Source of the DNA: a virus
Taxonomy: Duplodnaviria; Caudoviricetes
DNA length: 27,437 nt
Virus record (IMG/VR): IMGVR_UViG_3300020045_002449
Coordinates: 1-27,437 of that record
Direction: 5' to 3' (one strand)
A program made the position numbers and the translations under genes. The notes beneath the pieces were generated by a model that was not told the origin of the DNA, made no database searches, and saw only the letters and a program-made list of their open reading frames with translations. Shown here one piece after another: positions 9,159 through 17,042 of this stretch (position 1 is the stretch's first letter; every line of letters begins with the position of its first letter).

Positions 9159-9279
9159 GCAACTTGTTTTGCTTACGTTTAGCAGCAATGTCAGCTAGGC
9201 GTTGCGAGGCATTCTTCTTCTGTTGTTGGTCACGGAGGCGAGAAGCCTCTTGGTTGGTTTCAATTTCTTTGTAATACAT
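9148..9279 (-). CDS. Small basic hypothetical protein (43 aa, MYYKEIETNQEASRLR...)
   Basis: TAATG coupling with the exonuclease stop. Confidence 0.55.
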   Translation of the reverse strand: MYYKEIETNQEASRLRDQQQKKNASQRLADIAAKRKQNKLHGH

Positions 9280-9986
9280 TATGTAGGGAATTTCCAGATT
9301 TGATTGTGTTCACGTTGCATATGCAGACAGATACCGTTCATGAGGAGACGTTCATCATCATCATAAATATCTTGCACATACTTAAAGATTGCTAGTTCAT
9401 TAGAGGCTAGGTCTTGCATTTCTGACATAGTTCCTTCCAAGAAACGGGGTACTGCTTGTCGAGCCTTGCCATCATAGCCAAGTATATTGTCTGACTTATC
9501 TCCCATGATGAATTGCCAGTAGAAGTTAAAGGTACCTTCGATTGGGGAGATTGTTTTGAACTCTTGTTTGACAAAGTTGTAATGCCGTCCGGGGACTTGG
9601 AGTAAATCTTTGTCAATGGTACAGATAATGGTTTCATCTGGTTGTTTAGTTTGTTCAATGGACATTAGATCATCAGCTTCACATCCATCAGATACCTCAG
9701 CATTCCAGTTTAGGACAAGGTGTTCTCTAACTGCTTCAAGCCAGTCCGGTTTCTTTGTATCCTTACGGTTGGCCTTATATTCTGGATTGTATTGGTACCT
9801 GAAGTTATTAGAACCAGTTAGGTAGGGGTAGTAATGTTCTGCTGCTGTTTCATGCAAGATTCGTTGCATCAGTTCGTCAGCACGAACAATGGCTACCTCT
9901 ACTGGATCAACTGTAACGCCTTGCTTTTGGCAAGAGGCTGCTGTCCGGTAAGCAACTATGTCCGCGTCCACTAGGGCAATTGTCAT
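9279..9986 (-). CDS. 5'-3' exonuclease / flap endonuclease (T7 gp6 / PolI N-terminal-like)
   Basis: VDAD, YKANR, EADD, DKDL and GDKSDNI motifs. Confidence 0.92.
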   Translation of the reverse strand: MTIALVDADIVAYRTAASCQKQGVTVDPVEVAIVRADELMQRILHETAAEHYYPYLTGSNNFRYQYNPEYKANRKDTKKPDWLEAVREHLVLNWNAEVSDGCEADDLMSIEQTKQPDETIICTIDKDLLQVPGRHYNFVKQEFKTISPIEGTFNFYWQFIMGDKSDNILGYDGKARQAVPRFLEGTMSEMQDLASNELAIFKYVQDIYDDDERLLMNGICLHMQREHNQIWKFPT

Positions 9987-10438
9987 ATAAGAAACTCTTT
10001 TTTAGCTTCAAGATATGCTTGTAAAGCCTCCTCACCTTTTTCAAAAGAACCCAGATACTTACCACAAAAAGTAGCGTACCATTTCTGCCGTTTTTTATTA
10101 TATGTCAAACCAATTGATCCATGTGTATTATTTTTTTGGCATGTTTTTCGGTTAATGGAATTAATTTTATGTGAGACATCTCTTAGATTACTAATTCTAT
10201 TGTCAGCTTTATTATGGTTGATGTGATCAATATCTCCTGTAGGCCAAACACCATATATAAAGTACCAAGCCAATCTATGTGCATAGTATCTTTTTTGGTT
10301 AATTTCAATTTGAATATAGCCTTCTGGTTTTATATTACCAGCAAATTGGTTCTTACTTGGACGGCCTCTTCGTGTCCCTATCCAATAGAAATGACCCGTT
10401 TCTGGATCATAAGTTAATTTTGATTTCAATATATCCAT
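9983..10438 (-). CDS. Free-standing HNH homing endonuclease
   Basis: YDPETG, AHRLAW, IDHINHNKADNRISNLR and a C-terminal AP2-like segment (YLGSF). Visibly AT-richer than its flanks. Confidence 0.9.
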   Translation of the reverse strand: MDILKSKLTYDPETGHFYWIGTRRGRPSKNQFAGNIKPEGYIQIEINQKRYYAHRLAWYFIYGVWPTGDIDHINHNKADNRISNLRDVSHKINSINRKTCQKNNTHGSIGLTYNKKRQKWYATFCGKYLGSFEKGEEALQAYLEAKKEFLI

Positions 10439-10439
10439 A

Positions 10440-10673
10440 TTAATCTAAATTAGAAGCGTGAACCCTATGTGGGAACTCTTTGTACTCTAAGAAGCAACGA
10501 GCTTCTCCTTCCTTGTATGCCACCCAAGCTAATTGTGTTGGTGTGTTATGACATAGGTCATGGGATTCTCGTGCTTTAAGTGCCTCGTTTAGCTCTGTAT
10601 GATAGACCTGAAATCCTCCCCACAAAGCTAACACAAGGCTACCTAGATAAACTAAGAAGTTAAATGACTTCAT
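10440..10673 (-). CDS. Hypothetical protein with an N-terminal transmembrane segment (77 aa)
   Basis: ATG at 10673 overlaps the upstream gene; hydrophobic FLVYLGSLVLALWGGF. Confidence 0.6.
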   Translation of the reverse strand: MKSFNFLVYLGSLVLALWGGFQVYHTELNEALKARESHDLCHNTPTQLAWVAYKEGEARCFLEYKEFPHRVHASNLD

Positions 10674-11214
10674 TCTCAAAGTCGGGGATGTCACCAAAGC
10701 CTGTTGGACCCGGATCGACAATACCAAATACATATCCCTCATACTTCTTAGCCAATGTAATTACTTCATCAGGCTTAGGGGCAGATTTACTACCGATAGC
10801 AAGAGTAGACACAGCATTACTAAGACTAGATTGACGGACAATGAGGACTTGCCGCTGCGCTCGTTCTTCGGGGGTTTCATAGGTACTCCGTGGGGTTGCA
10901 TTGGCTTTGCTAGCGGCACCGCCTACAGAGCCTTGTGAGGCCACTGCTGGGACTCCTACATTATCGGCAGGAGAAACAGCAGTCCAGTCATTATAACCCT
11001 TGTCATTCTTGACAACAGTTACATCCCACACAGAGCCACCGGCTGCTGATGACAAGGTACTGAAGCTAGAAGCTCCTGCACCGAAGGACATAATTTTCTT
11101 AGACTCAACCTTACCTTGGAAAGTAAGATTCTTATAAACCACCTCTAGCTGTTGGTAAGAACCCTTAGCAGTGGGTTTGGTTTCGACAGTGGTGGTAACA
11201 ATTTGTATTTGCAC
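10660..11214 (-). CDS. Putative single-stranded DNA-binding protein
   Basis: Beta-rich OB-like N-terminus, low-complexity linker, RQVLIVRQSS motif and acidic/aromatic tail (DIPDFENEVI). Lies in the replication block. GTG start after AGGA. Confidence 0.55.
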   Translation of the reverse strand: MQIQIVTTTVETKPTAKGSYQQLEVVYKNLTFQGKVESKKIMSFGAGASSFSTLSSAAGGSVWDVTVVKNDKGYNDWTAVSPADNVGVPAVASQGSVGGAASKANATPRSTYETPEERAQRQVLIVRQSSLSNAVSTLAIGSKSAPKPDEVITLAKKYEGYVFGIVDPGPTGFGDIPDFENEVI

Positions 11215-11221
11215 GTTTTTC

Positions 11222-11650
11222 CTAGATATTTTTCCAAGTCTTACCATTACGGATTCGACTTATTTGAGATTGATTGATTCCAAACATTTCTTCTAAAATA
11301 GAAGAAGGAGTTTTTGAATATTTAATTTCTAATGCTTCTGCCAAATCAAGTTTTACAACGTTTTTAGCATTATACCCTTGTTTATTAGGCATTCTATTTC
11401 TTAGATATGTATCATTGTTGTTATCAACATGTGTTCCTACATATAAATGCTCAGGATTGACACATAGTTTATTATCACAAGTATGACACACCAATTTACC
11501 GTCAGGTATTGGTCCTTTGTGTAGGGTATAGAACAGACGATGTGCTGACCATCTTTTTCCATCTACCATAACTTGACCATAGCCTGCTCTAGTAGATTTA
11601 GTCCATACCCAACAAGACTGTGTTTTGTCAACAGAATCTTCTATTTGCAT
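11222..11650 (-). CDS. Free-standing HNH homing endonuclease
   Basis: CWVW...GYG...AHR...VCHTCDNKLCVNPEHLYVGT..DN..D and a C-terminal HTH-like tail; AT-rich. Confidence 0.92.
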   Translation of the reverse strand: MQIEDSVDKTQSCWVWTKSTRAGYGQVMVDGKRWSAHRLFYTLHKGPIPDGKLVCHTCDNKLCVNPEHLYVGTHVDNNNDTYLRNRMPNKQGYNAKNVVKLDLAEALEIKYSKTPSSILEEMFGINQSQISRIRNGKTWKNI

Positions 11651-11705
11651 TTGATTTTTTATTTAATTAATTAAGTTGATATGAAACTCTTTGTTTCATA
11701 ACAAT

Positions 11706-11734
11706 AGTATAGCACACTTCTGAAAACATTGCAA
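11706..11734 (-). promoter_or_regulatory. Sigma70-type promoter with extended -10
   Basis: TTGCAA-17 bp-TATACT with TGn. Followed by hairpin TATGAAAC/GTTTCATA (11680-11700). Confidence 0.8.
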
Positions 11735-11735
11735 G

Positions 11736-12452
11736 TTAAATTTTAATTTTCTTTTGATCTTTCATGTTAGGACCGGCTTTTGTTTCACACGACATGGGAC
11801 ATTTCCATTCATACCCAAAGATTGCTTTGATGTTCATAGGAAGATCAGCAAATACACCATCGAATATCTTTGCCAAAGGGATGATGAACTCCTCATGTGT
11901 ATCCAAGACTATAGAATCGTGTACTGTGGAAATGAAGTCACAAGGGATACCTGCTTTCTTAATACGCTTGTATGCAGAGATACGAGCAATAGTCATTACA
12001 TCTGCACCAGTGCCCTGCACAGGGAGATTCACCAGTTGGTTGATAGGGAGCTTCATTTCCCCCTTGTAGTCCCTACCCATCTCCAAGTGCCAAGAACGCC
12101 CTAGAGGCCCTGTAATGTCCTTTCCTGAGGATACTAGGGCCATCCACTCCTTGTGCTTCTTGTCAAGCATTTTGTACTTGGCATAGAACTTCTCGTTTAA
12201 CGAGTCCCAGAATTTAGGATCAGAAGATACATGAGTGAAGTCTGCATCATTAGCAAAAGCCCAACCGCTTCCCCTGAAAATAGTACGGAATAGGAAAATC
12301 TTAGCAATGAGTCTTGAAGGAAGTGCAAAAGCTTGTTGATTGTTTGCATGTGTATCCTCACCATTGATAATTTCATTAATGCCTACCCAGTCCTGACTCA
12401 GCTCAAGAGCAACACGCCACTCCAACTGGCTTGCGTCACATTGCAATAACAC
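11736..12452 (-). CDS. polA: Family A DNA polymerase, C-terminal catalytic part (palm/fingers)
   Basis: Motif A DASQLEWR, motif B RLIAKIFLFRTIF, NLPVQGTGAD and motif C VHDS. GTG start after AGGAGG. Confidence 0.92.
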   Translation of the reverse strand: MLLQCDASQLEWRVALELSQDWVGINEIINGEDTHANNQQAFALPSRLIAKIFLFRTIFRGSGWAFANDADFTHVSSDPKFWDSLNEKFYAKYKMLDKKHKEWMALVSSGKDITGPLGRSWHLEMGRDYKGEMKLPINQLVNLPVQGTGADVMTIARISAYKRIKKAGIPCDFISTVHDSIVLDTHEEFIIPLAKIFDGVFADLPMNIKAIFGYEWKCPMSCETKAGPNMKDQKKIKI

Positions 12453-12645
12453 ATCCTCCTCCTTTCAGTTCTGGCTTTATCACCAACTCCATTTTACCTG
12501 ACTTAGTAGCATTGGTACGTATGACCTCTAATCCTGCTTTACTTAGCAATGTAAACACAATGGTTTGCAGTTCGTCTATACTAAGAGACGACCATTCATC
12601 TAATACCTGCTCAAGAACTTCATCACCCATTTGATTTACTACCAT
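12436..12645 (-). CDS. Small hypothetical protein between the polymerase halves (69 aa)
   Basis: Overlaps the upstream peptide ORF and the polA-C start. Confidence 0.55.
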   Translation of the reverse strand: MVVNQMGDEVLEQVLDEWSSLSIDELQTIVFTLLSKAGLEVIRTNATKSGKMELVIKPELKGGGCVIAM

Positions 12646-12692
12646 AACTCATCCTCTGGTACATCCCCCCACTCATCATAATCGGGTGGCAT
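12639..12692 (-). CDS. Acidic peptide (17 aa, MPPDYDEWGDVPEDELW)
   Basis: AAAGGA SD; starts 1 nt after the upstream stop and overlaps the next start. Confidence 0.4.
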   Translation of the reverse strand: MPPDYDEWGDVPEDELW

Positions 12693-12693
12693 A

Positions 12694-12888
12694 TTATTCC
12701 TTTGCTCGAAGCAACGCTGCCACCGGTCGTTGGTCTAGTCTATGGATTTGATCTTGAATCTCCTTAAAATGAGCAGGATAGTTGTCCCTAAAGTCACACA
12801 AGAAACGTCGTGCACCCTTGGCTTCCATTGAAGCAGCTAGGTCGGTCAAAGAATCGTTATATTGTAATTGTTCTAGTTCTTTAGTCAT
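12694..12888 (-). CDS. Small hypothetical protein between the polymerase halves (64 aa, MTKELEQLQY...)
   Basis: ATG overlaps the exon 2 stop (ATGACTAA). Confidence 0.65.
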   Translation of the reverse strand: MTKELEQLQYNDSLTDLAASMEAKGARRFLCDFRDNYPAHFKEIQDQIHRLDQRPVAALLRAKE

Positions 12889-12940
12889 TATATTTTGAAA
12901 TGAAGATGTCTTGAAGGTCTGATGCAAAGTTCTGGAGATT
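12881..12940 (-). CDS. polA: DNA polymerase N-terminal part, exon 2 (NLQNFASDLQDIFISKYND*)
   Basis: Follows the terminal G of the intron. Restores the conserved GRLSSxxP|NLQN motif in frame with exon 1. Confidence 0.88.
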   Translation of the reverse strand, partial: NLQNFASDLQDIFISKYND

Positions 12941-13635
12941 CCTTTATGTTCAGGGAAGGGCATTAATCTTCCCCCGCTTTCGCAGCTACACATTCCTGTG
13001 TAGAGCAGACTATATCATCACACCACGGTGTGCCATATGTTTCCACCCATTTGAGTGTACTCTCTTTCGAGATAGTCGTTGCACCTGCCAAGTATCTATG
13101 GAGCCTATTATGGTCCCCCATTTTCAACAATACTAAATTACTTATTTCATTATTGTGCGGATTAAAATCACAATGATGAACTACCCAGCCTCTTGGGATG
13201 GCTGAAATACTTAAGTGTTCACAGACAATAATATGATGTACAAAGACATGCTTGCACCCAGTTCTGCCGGTATACCACAAAGGTTTTAACCGCATAAGAT
13301 AACCTTTACCATCAGATACATCACCTATGTAATTATGATGCTGTTCTAATGTTTTACCAAACATGGGATTATTAGTCTCAAGTTTGCTCTTACGGTAGGA
13401 GTTTACTTTACGTGTCTTTCTATATGAGCTAGAATAGGTATCTGCTACATGTTTCCACACACGAGTAAGCTTCAGACCAAGAGTGTCAGCTATCTGCTGC
13501 AATGTTAAATCTGTATTTTCGTATAAGTAATTAATATTCATATGTACCTCTTATGGTAGATTGATTGGATTGGCTCAGGATTGTCCGGTCTGGAGTTCCC
13601 CTGAATTAATATGGTTTTAAAAGCCCTGTAAGTTA
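12941..13635 (-). mobile_element. Self-splicing group I intron (IA2-like), 695 nt, encoding an HNH endonuclease
   Basis: P1 AAGCCU/GGGCUU with U-G at the 5' splice site; P3 CCAUAU (13614-13609) with AUAUGG (13038-13033); P AAUUCAGGGGAAC; Q AAUCCUGAGC; R GCAACGACUA; P7.1 UCUCGAAAGAGA; P8 CACACC/GGUGUG; S GAUAUAGUC; P9 hairpins; terminal G at 12941. Confidence 0.93.
12963..13541 (-). CDS. Intron-encoded HNH homing endonuclease
   Basis: N-terminal HTH-like segment, NNPMFGK (NUMOD3-like) and VVHHCDFNPHNNEISNL. Starts in the P6 region; its last ~40 codons run through P7-P9. Confidence 0.88.
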   Translation of the reverse strand: MNINYLYENTDLTLQQIADTLGLKLTRVWKHVADTYSSSYRKTRKVNSYRKSKLETNNPMFGKTLEQHHNYIGDVSDGKGYLMRLKPLWYTGRTGCKHVFVHHIIVCEHLSISAIPRGWVVHHCDFNPHNNEISNLVLLKMGDHNRLHRYLAGATTISKESTLKWVETYGTPWCDDIVCSTQECVAAKAGED

Positions 13636-14697
13636 AGGCTTGCTGGAACTCAACCGTCCAGATATTGCTGTAGTCTGATTGAATTGCCCATGTAATACTC
13701 CTTTGTCCCAGTTCATCTCTTTACGCAGTTTAACTAGCCCATTGTAATAAGTTCCATTTAGTTTCTCACTTTTACTAAGCTCAAGTATCTTGTCTAGAAC
13801 ACCCTTCTTGCCTTTGAGTTTCCGTAAGGTACCTTCATCGGTGGAGTAGTTGCCTAGCTTTGCCATCTCAGAGCCCTTTAACGGGGCGTAGAGACGTGGT
13901 AGCTGATGCTCTATGGTAATGTTCTTGTACTTGGGTTCGCCAGCCCTAGCACCCGTTTTGAAATGCCCAATAAACTCCTTGCCATCTTCCTTAACAATTC
14001 CACCGTATAGAAAGGCAGACAGATGATCGTTAGAGCCAAAATTAATAGGTACGTTGGGATAGATTGCTGCGAGTTCTTGTTTAAGCGTTGATATTTTGTC
14101 ATCTAGTTCCCCTGCTCTTACTTGGCAGAGTTCTTCGTCAAAGGGTAATCCGTTCTGCTCCATCTCCATCAAGATCATCATGTCCTCACATTGAAGGCGA
14201 CACAACTTGATCTCGGCAGGAGTCATTAGTTTGATCTGACTGCAGTAACAAAGATATGTAAGATAAGCATCGAAGGAAGCATAATCGCTAAGTATCTCCC
14301 AAGGTACCTTGTCAGTGTCAATTCCCTTAGCCCAGAAATCTTCCTTGACAACATCTCGTTTTGTTGGATGACCATATTTAATACACGTTTCATTTAGGCT
14401 GGGAAATCGGTTAGTTTGCCTTGAGAGTATGAACTCCGCAATTTGAACATCCCAAATTTTCTTACCTTGAAAAGAAATGCCAGACTTGGTGAGCCAGTGT
14501 GCGTCGAATTTAAAGTTAAATCCAACAACTGTGCTACAAGAGCTAACAAGATGCTGGCAATACTCAAGCCCAGAATCTCCCCACTTCCTTGCTCCACCAT
14601 TGTTAGGTTTATACCAAGAGAAACAAACCAAGCTATTAGTAGAGTCATAGGGAGACCCCTTGTTTGAGATTGTTGTTTCACAGTCAATTGCTATCAT
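13636..14697 (-). CDS. polA: Family A DNA polymerase, N-terminal part (3'-5' exonuclease + thumb), exon 1
   Basis: ExoI IDCET, ExoII FNFKFD and ExoIII YASFD; ends at HGQFNQTTAISGRLSSSKP at the intron boundary. Confidence 0.92.
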
Positions 14698-14894
14698 TCA
14701 TTGTAGAAGGTAACATAGTGTGCTCGGAATACATAAGTCAAAATACCTTTCTCTTTAAACTCTTGTTCACATGCACCAGCATAGTTGTCTGCTGATTCTT
14801 CAGTTAGGAAAATGGCAATGGGACAGCCATCATTTTCACCATTCAAATGACGTTCAACAACGAACATCCCTGTTTTACTTTTTGGTAGTTTCAT
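14694..14894 (-). CDS. Hypothetical protein (66 aa)
   Basis: ATGA overlaps on both sides. Confidence 0.7.
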   Translation of the reverse strand: MKLPKSKTGMFVVERHLNGENDGCPIAIFLTEESADNYAGACEQEFKEKGILTYVFRAHYVTFYNE

Positions 14895-16138
14895 GTAATA
14901 TCTTCGTAACGTGCCACATCGGCTCTGATCAAAACTTCTCGCTTGCCATGCCTAAGGGTTGGATCGGTGTCCTGATCTCCTGCCAGTTTATTCTTACTAG
15001 CATTGAGATACCGGACATTCTCGTAACCCATATCAGCAACCTTACCAATACCAACAATCCAATCAGCTTCTGCTTGCTTGGCTGTCTTAGCATTGGCTAC
15101 ATTACCCATTGTAAGCCACTTCTGTCCCTCTCCAGACCCATCAGCTTGACATACCCCTACCACGGCACAGTTGTGCTGTTTAGCAAGCTCTCGTGCCCAC
15201 TGGTACATGGCTCCTAGCTTCAAGTCCTCACGGTCAGCCTCAAACCCCACGATCTTGTCAATCTGATCAAAGATTAGCAAAGATGGTTTGTACTGATTAC
15301 AAATCCTTTCGACCATGCCCTTGTTGATAGACCCCTTGGGATTTAAAATCATATGCTTTCCCTTGGTCTTCTTCAGGTAAGCATTCCTAGCCGCCGTTGG
15401 GTTGCTGTTGATAGCGGCGAGGGTAGCTCCCAAGGATGCCTGATAACACCGTATTTTGACCTTAGAGCCAGCTTCCTCGTTGTTGAGCCAGATAATTGGT
15501 CCTGACTCGTCACCAAGCTGTTCAGCCATGAAGGTGGATTCACTAGCAAGAAACGTTGTTTTACCCGTCTCTGGCCGGGCAAAGATGAACCCAAAGTCAC
15601 CACCGCGTAGACTGCCCAACATTTGATTGAGGGTGTTGAGACGCCATCGTAGACCCGGTTTACGAAAGGTTTCGTCAAGAAGCTCCTCAATGTCGTCACT
15701 GATGAATTCAAATTCCTCTTGTAGTACCTGAGTACTTTTTTCAGCAGCAAAGGATTCAAGGAGAGCATTGAACTTCTCTCTCGATAACTTGCCTTCTGTA
15801 ACATCATACGCTGCAAGGGAAATCTCCTTAAGTAACTTGTTCTCAACAAACGATTGAAGCAAGATTGCTGTAGACTGGGGAGAGACTTGAAGTTTCTCAA
15901 GAGTCTCAATGACAGCCTCGTAATAGGCTACGTCCTTATGTTTGTGAGCAAACAAGAGGTTAGATAAATCAGCAACAGTTAGATCAATCTTGTCTTGATT
16001 ACTTTCATGGAAGTTGTCAAGAACAGAATAGACAGGATGTAGTTCTTTAGGTAAATCCTTGACATTCAACTTGTCTTTCCATCTACTCCATTCTTCATAG
16101 ACAAGAAATGTCTTTATGATTGAGAGTTCATACTGCAA
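14891..16138 (-). CDS. Replicative DnaB-like (SF4) helicase
   Basis: Walker A ARPETGKTT, NEE, Walker B LIFDQID, CQAD, EAD and KNK. TTG start after AAAGGA. Confidence 0.92.
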   Translation of the reverse strand: MQYELSIIKTFLVYEEWSRWKDKLNVKDLPKELHPVYSVLDNFHESNQDKIDLTVADLSNLLFAHKHKDVAYYEAVIETLEKLQVSPQSTAILLQSFVENKLLKEISLAAYDVTEGKLSREKFNALLESFAAEKSTQVLQEEFEFISDDIEELLDETFRKPGLRWRLNTLNQMLGSLRGGDFGFIFARPETGKTTFLASESTFMAEQLGDESGPIIWLNNEEAGSKVKIRCYQASLGATLAAINSNPTAARNAYLKKTKGKHMILNPKGSINKGMVERICNQYKPSLLIFDQIDKIVGFEADREDLKLGAMYQWARELAKQHNCAVVGVCQADGSGEGQKWLTMGNVANAKTAKQAEADWIVGIGKVADMGYENVRYLNASKNKLAGDQDTDPTLRHGKREVLIRADVARYEDIT

Positions 16139-16163
16139 TTGTATTCCTTTATTATATTATATA

Positions 16164-16187
16164 ACAAGAACCCTTGAAGGTTCTTGT
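16164..16187. repeat. Perfect 9-bp inverted repeat in an AT-rich intergenic region
   Basis: ACAAGAACC-CTTGAA-GGTTCTTGT in the helicase leader. Confidence 0.75.
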
Positions 16188-16220
16188 ATATATGTATTAC
16201 TTAACTTATAACATACATTA

Positions 16221-16249
16221 AGTATAACACATCTAAATTTCCTTGTCAA
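16221..16249 (-). promoter_or_regulatory. Sigma70-type promoter with extended -10
   Basis: TTGACA-17 bp-TATACT with TGn, directly after the primase stop. Confidence 0.88.
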
Positions 16250-16250
16250 G

Positions 16251-17042
16251 TTATTTCTTTAAGAACTCTTCAATTTCTTTGTCAGTGTAAGCCTTAGGGT
16301 CAAGTTCTGTGAAAATGGTGTTTGCTGATAGTCCTGTCCATTGGACCTTCTCCGCAATTTCCCTGGCCTCACGCCACTTGTCCCTATCTAGCCAAATTGT
16401 GATGAACTCGTAGGAGCCCTTCAGAGCGATTATTTTGTGTGCTGGTACATTGGTACCAAGAGCAGGCATTGCGTCGCACTGAGGGGCTATACGTATGGCT
16501 GAGAGGGCATCCTCGGTGATGACAAGCCTCTTAGGCCAACTTACCAGTTGACTACTGTTGTCTGACCCGTAATGTTGTTGGTCCAATGGGTTGGTGGTGT
16601 ACGCTTTGTAGATTGGGCAGACTTCGCTGGTTGATCCACGGTTAAAGTACTTGGCTTTAGCTGCCCGGTCATGGTCAAAATTACGGGCTTGAATGCACCT
16701 TGTTCGGCCTTCTTTGTCTTTGTATTCATAGATGAGTTGGTTGAAGTAGGGGGAGTATCTAAGTCCATGTTGTATAGCTGTTGTGACACTGACATTGTAC
16801 TGGTGTAAAAATTGGACAATGTGCTCGGGAAAATCTGAGCATGTATCGTTGGGGACGGCCAAGTAGGGACCATCGTCTGACTCATCATCTCCTCGTACTC
16901 GCTCGCTGACAAAGCCACTGAGGCTACCCCTACCAGAGGACCGGCAGCCAAAACAGAACCACCCACCATCGCTGTAGTTGGCACGGTTGTCTCTACTTCC
17001 GCAGTTGGAACAGGGGCCGTGACCGATGAATTTGTTAACCAT
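16251..17042 (-). CDS. DNA primase (Zn-finger + TOPRIM), not fused to the helicase
   Basis: CSNC...CFGC Zn finger like T7 gp4, plus QAR, KY, VITED, LGT and WLDRD. Confidence 0.88.
   Translation of the reverse strand: MVNKFIGHGPCSNCGSRDNRANYSDGGWFCFGCRSSGRGSLSGFVSERVRGDDESDDGPYLAVPNDTCSDFPEHIVQFLHQYNVSVTTAIQHGLRYSPYFNQLIYEYKDKEGRTRCIQARNFDHDRAAKAKYFNRGSTSEVCPIYKAYTTNPLDQQHYGSDNSSQLVSWPKRLVITEDALSAIRIAPQCDAMPALGTNVPAHKIIALKGSYEFITIWLDRDKWREAREIAEKVQWTGLSANTIFTELDPKAYTDKEIEEFLKK

Noticed and set aside
4652-12452. Z-base (2-aminoadenine) or other known base-modification pathway suggested by MazG plus an unusual PolA
   Set aside because: No PurZ, DatZ-like HD phosphatase, deazaguanine or hydroxymethylase gene is recognisable in the window.
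12453-12880. Second intron or split intein between the polymerase halves
   Set aside because: No group I P/Q/R/S or group II domain V sequence, and no intein Cys...His-Asn termini.
12453-12886. Ribosomal bypass (T4 gene 60-like) joining the polymerase halves: take-off GAC before TAA, landing GAT before GTG
   Set aside because: The matching Asp codons are suggestive. However, the gap is ~430 nt versus 50 nt in gene 60, it contains plausible coupled ORFs, and PolA-C has its own strong SD and GTG. Independent initiation is simpler.
12889-12993. Track start of the 99-aa ORF at 12993
   Set aside because: It lies inside intron P9 and the HNH ORF with no SD. ATG 12888 (or 12963) is better supported.
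15373-15909. 178-aa alternative-frame ORF inside the helicase
   Set aside because: No SD or coupled start and no unique coding space; composition looks like a shadow frame.
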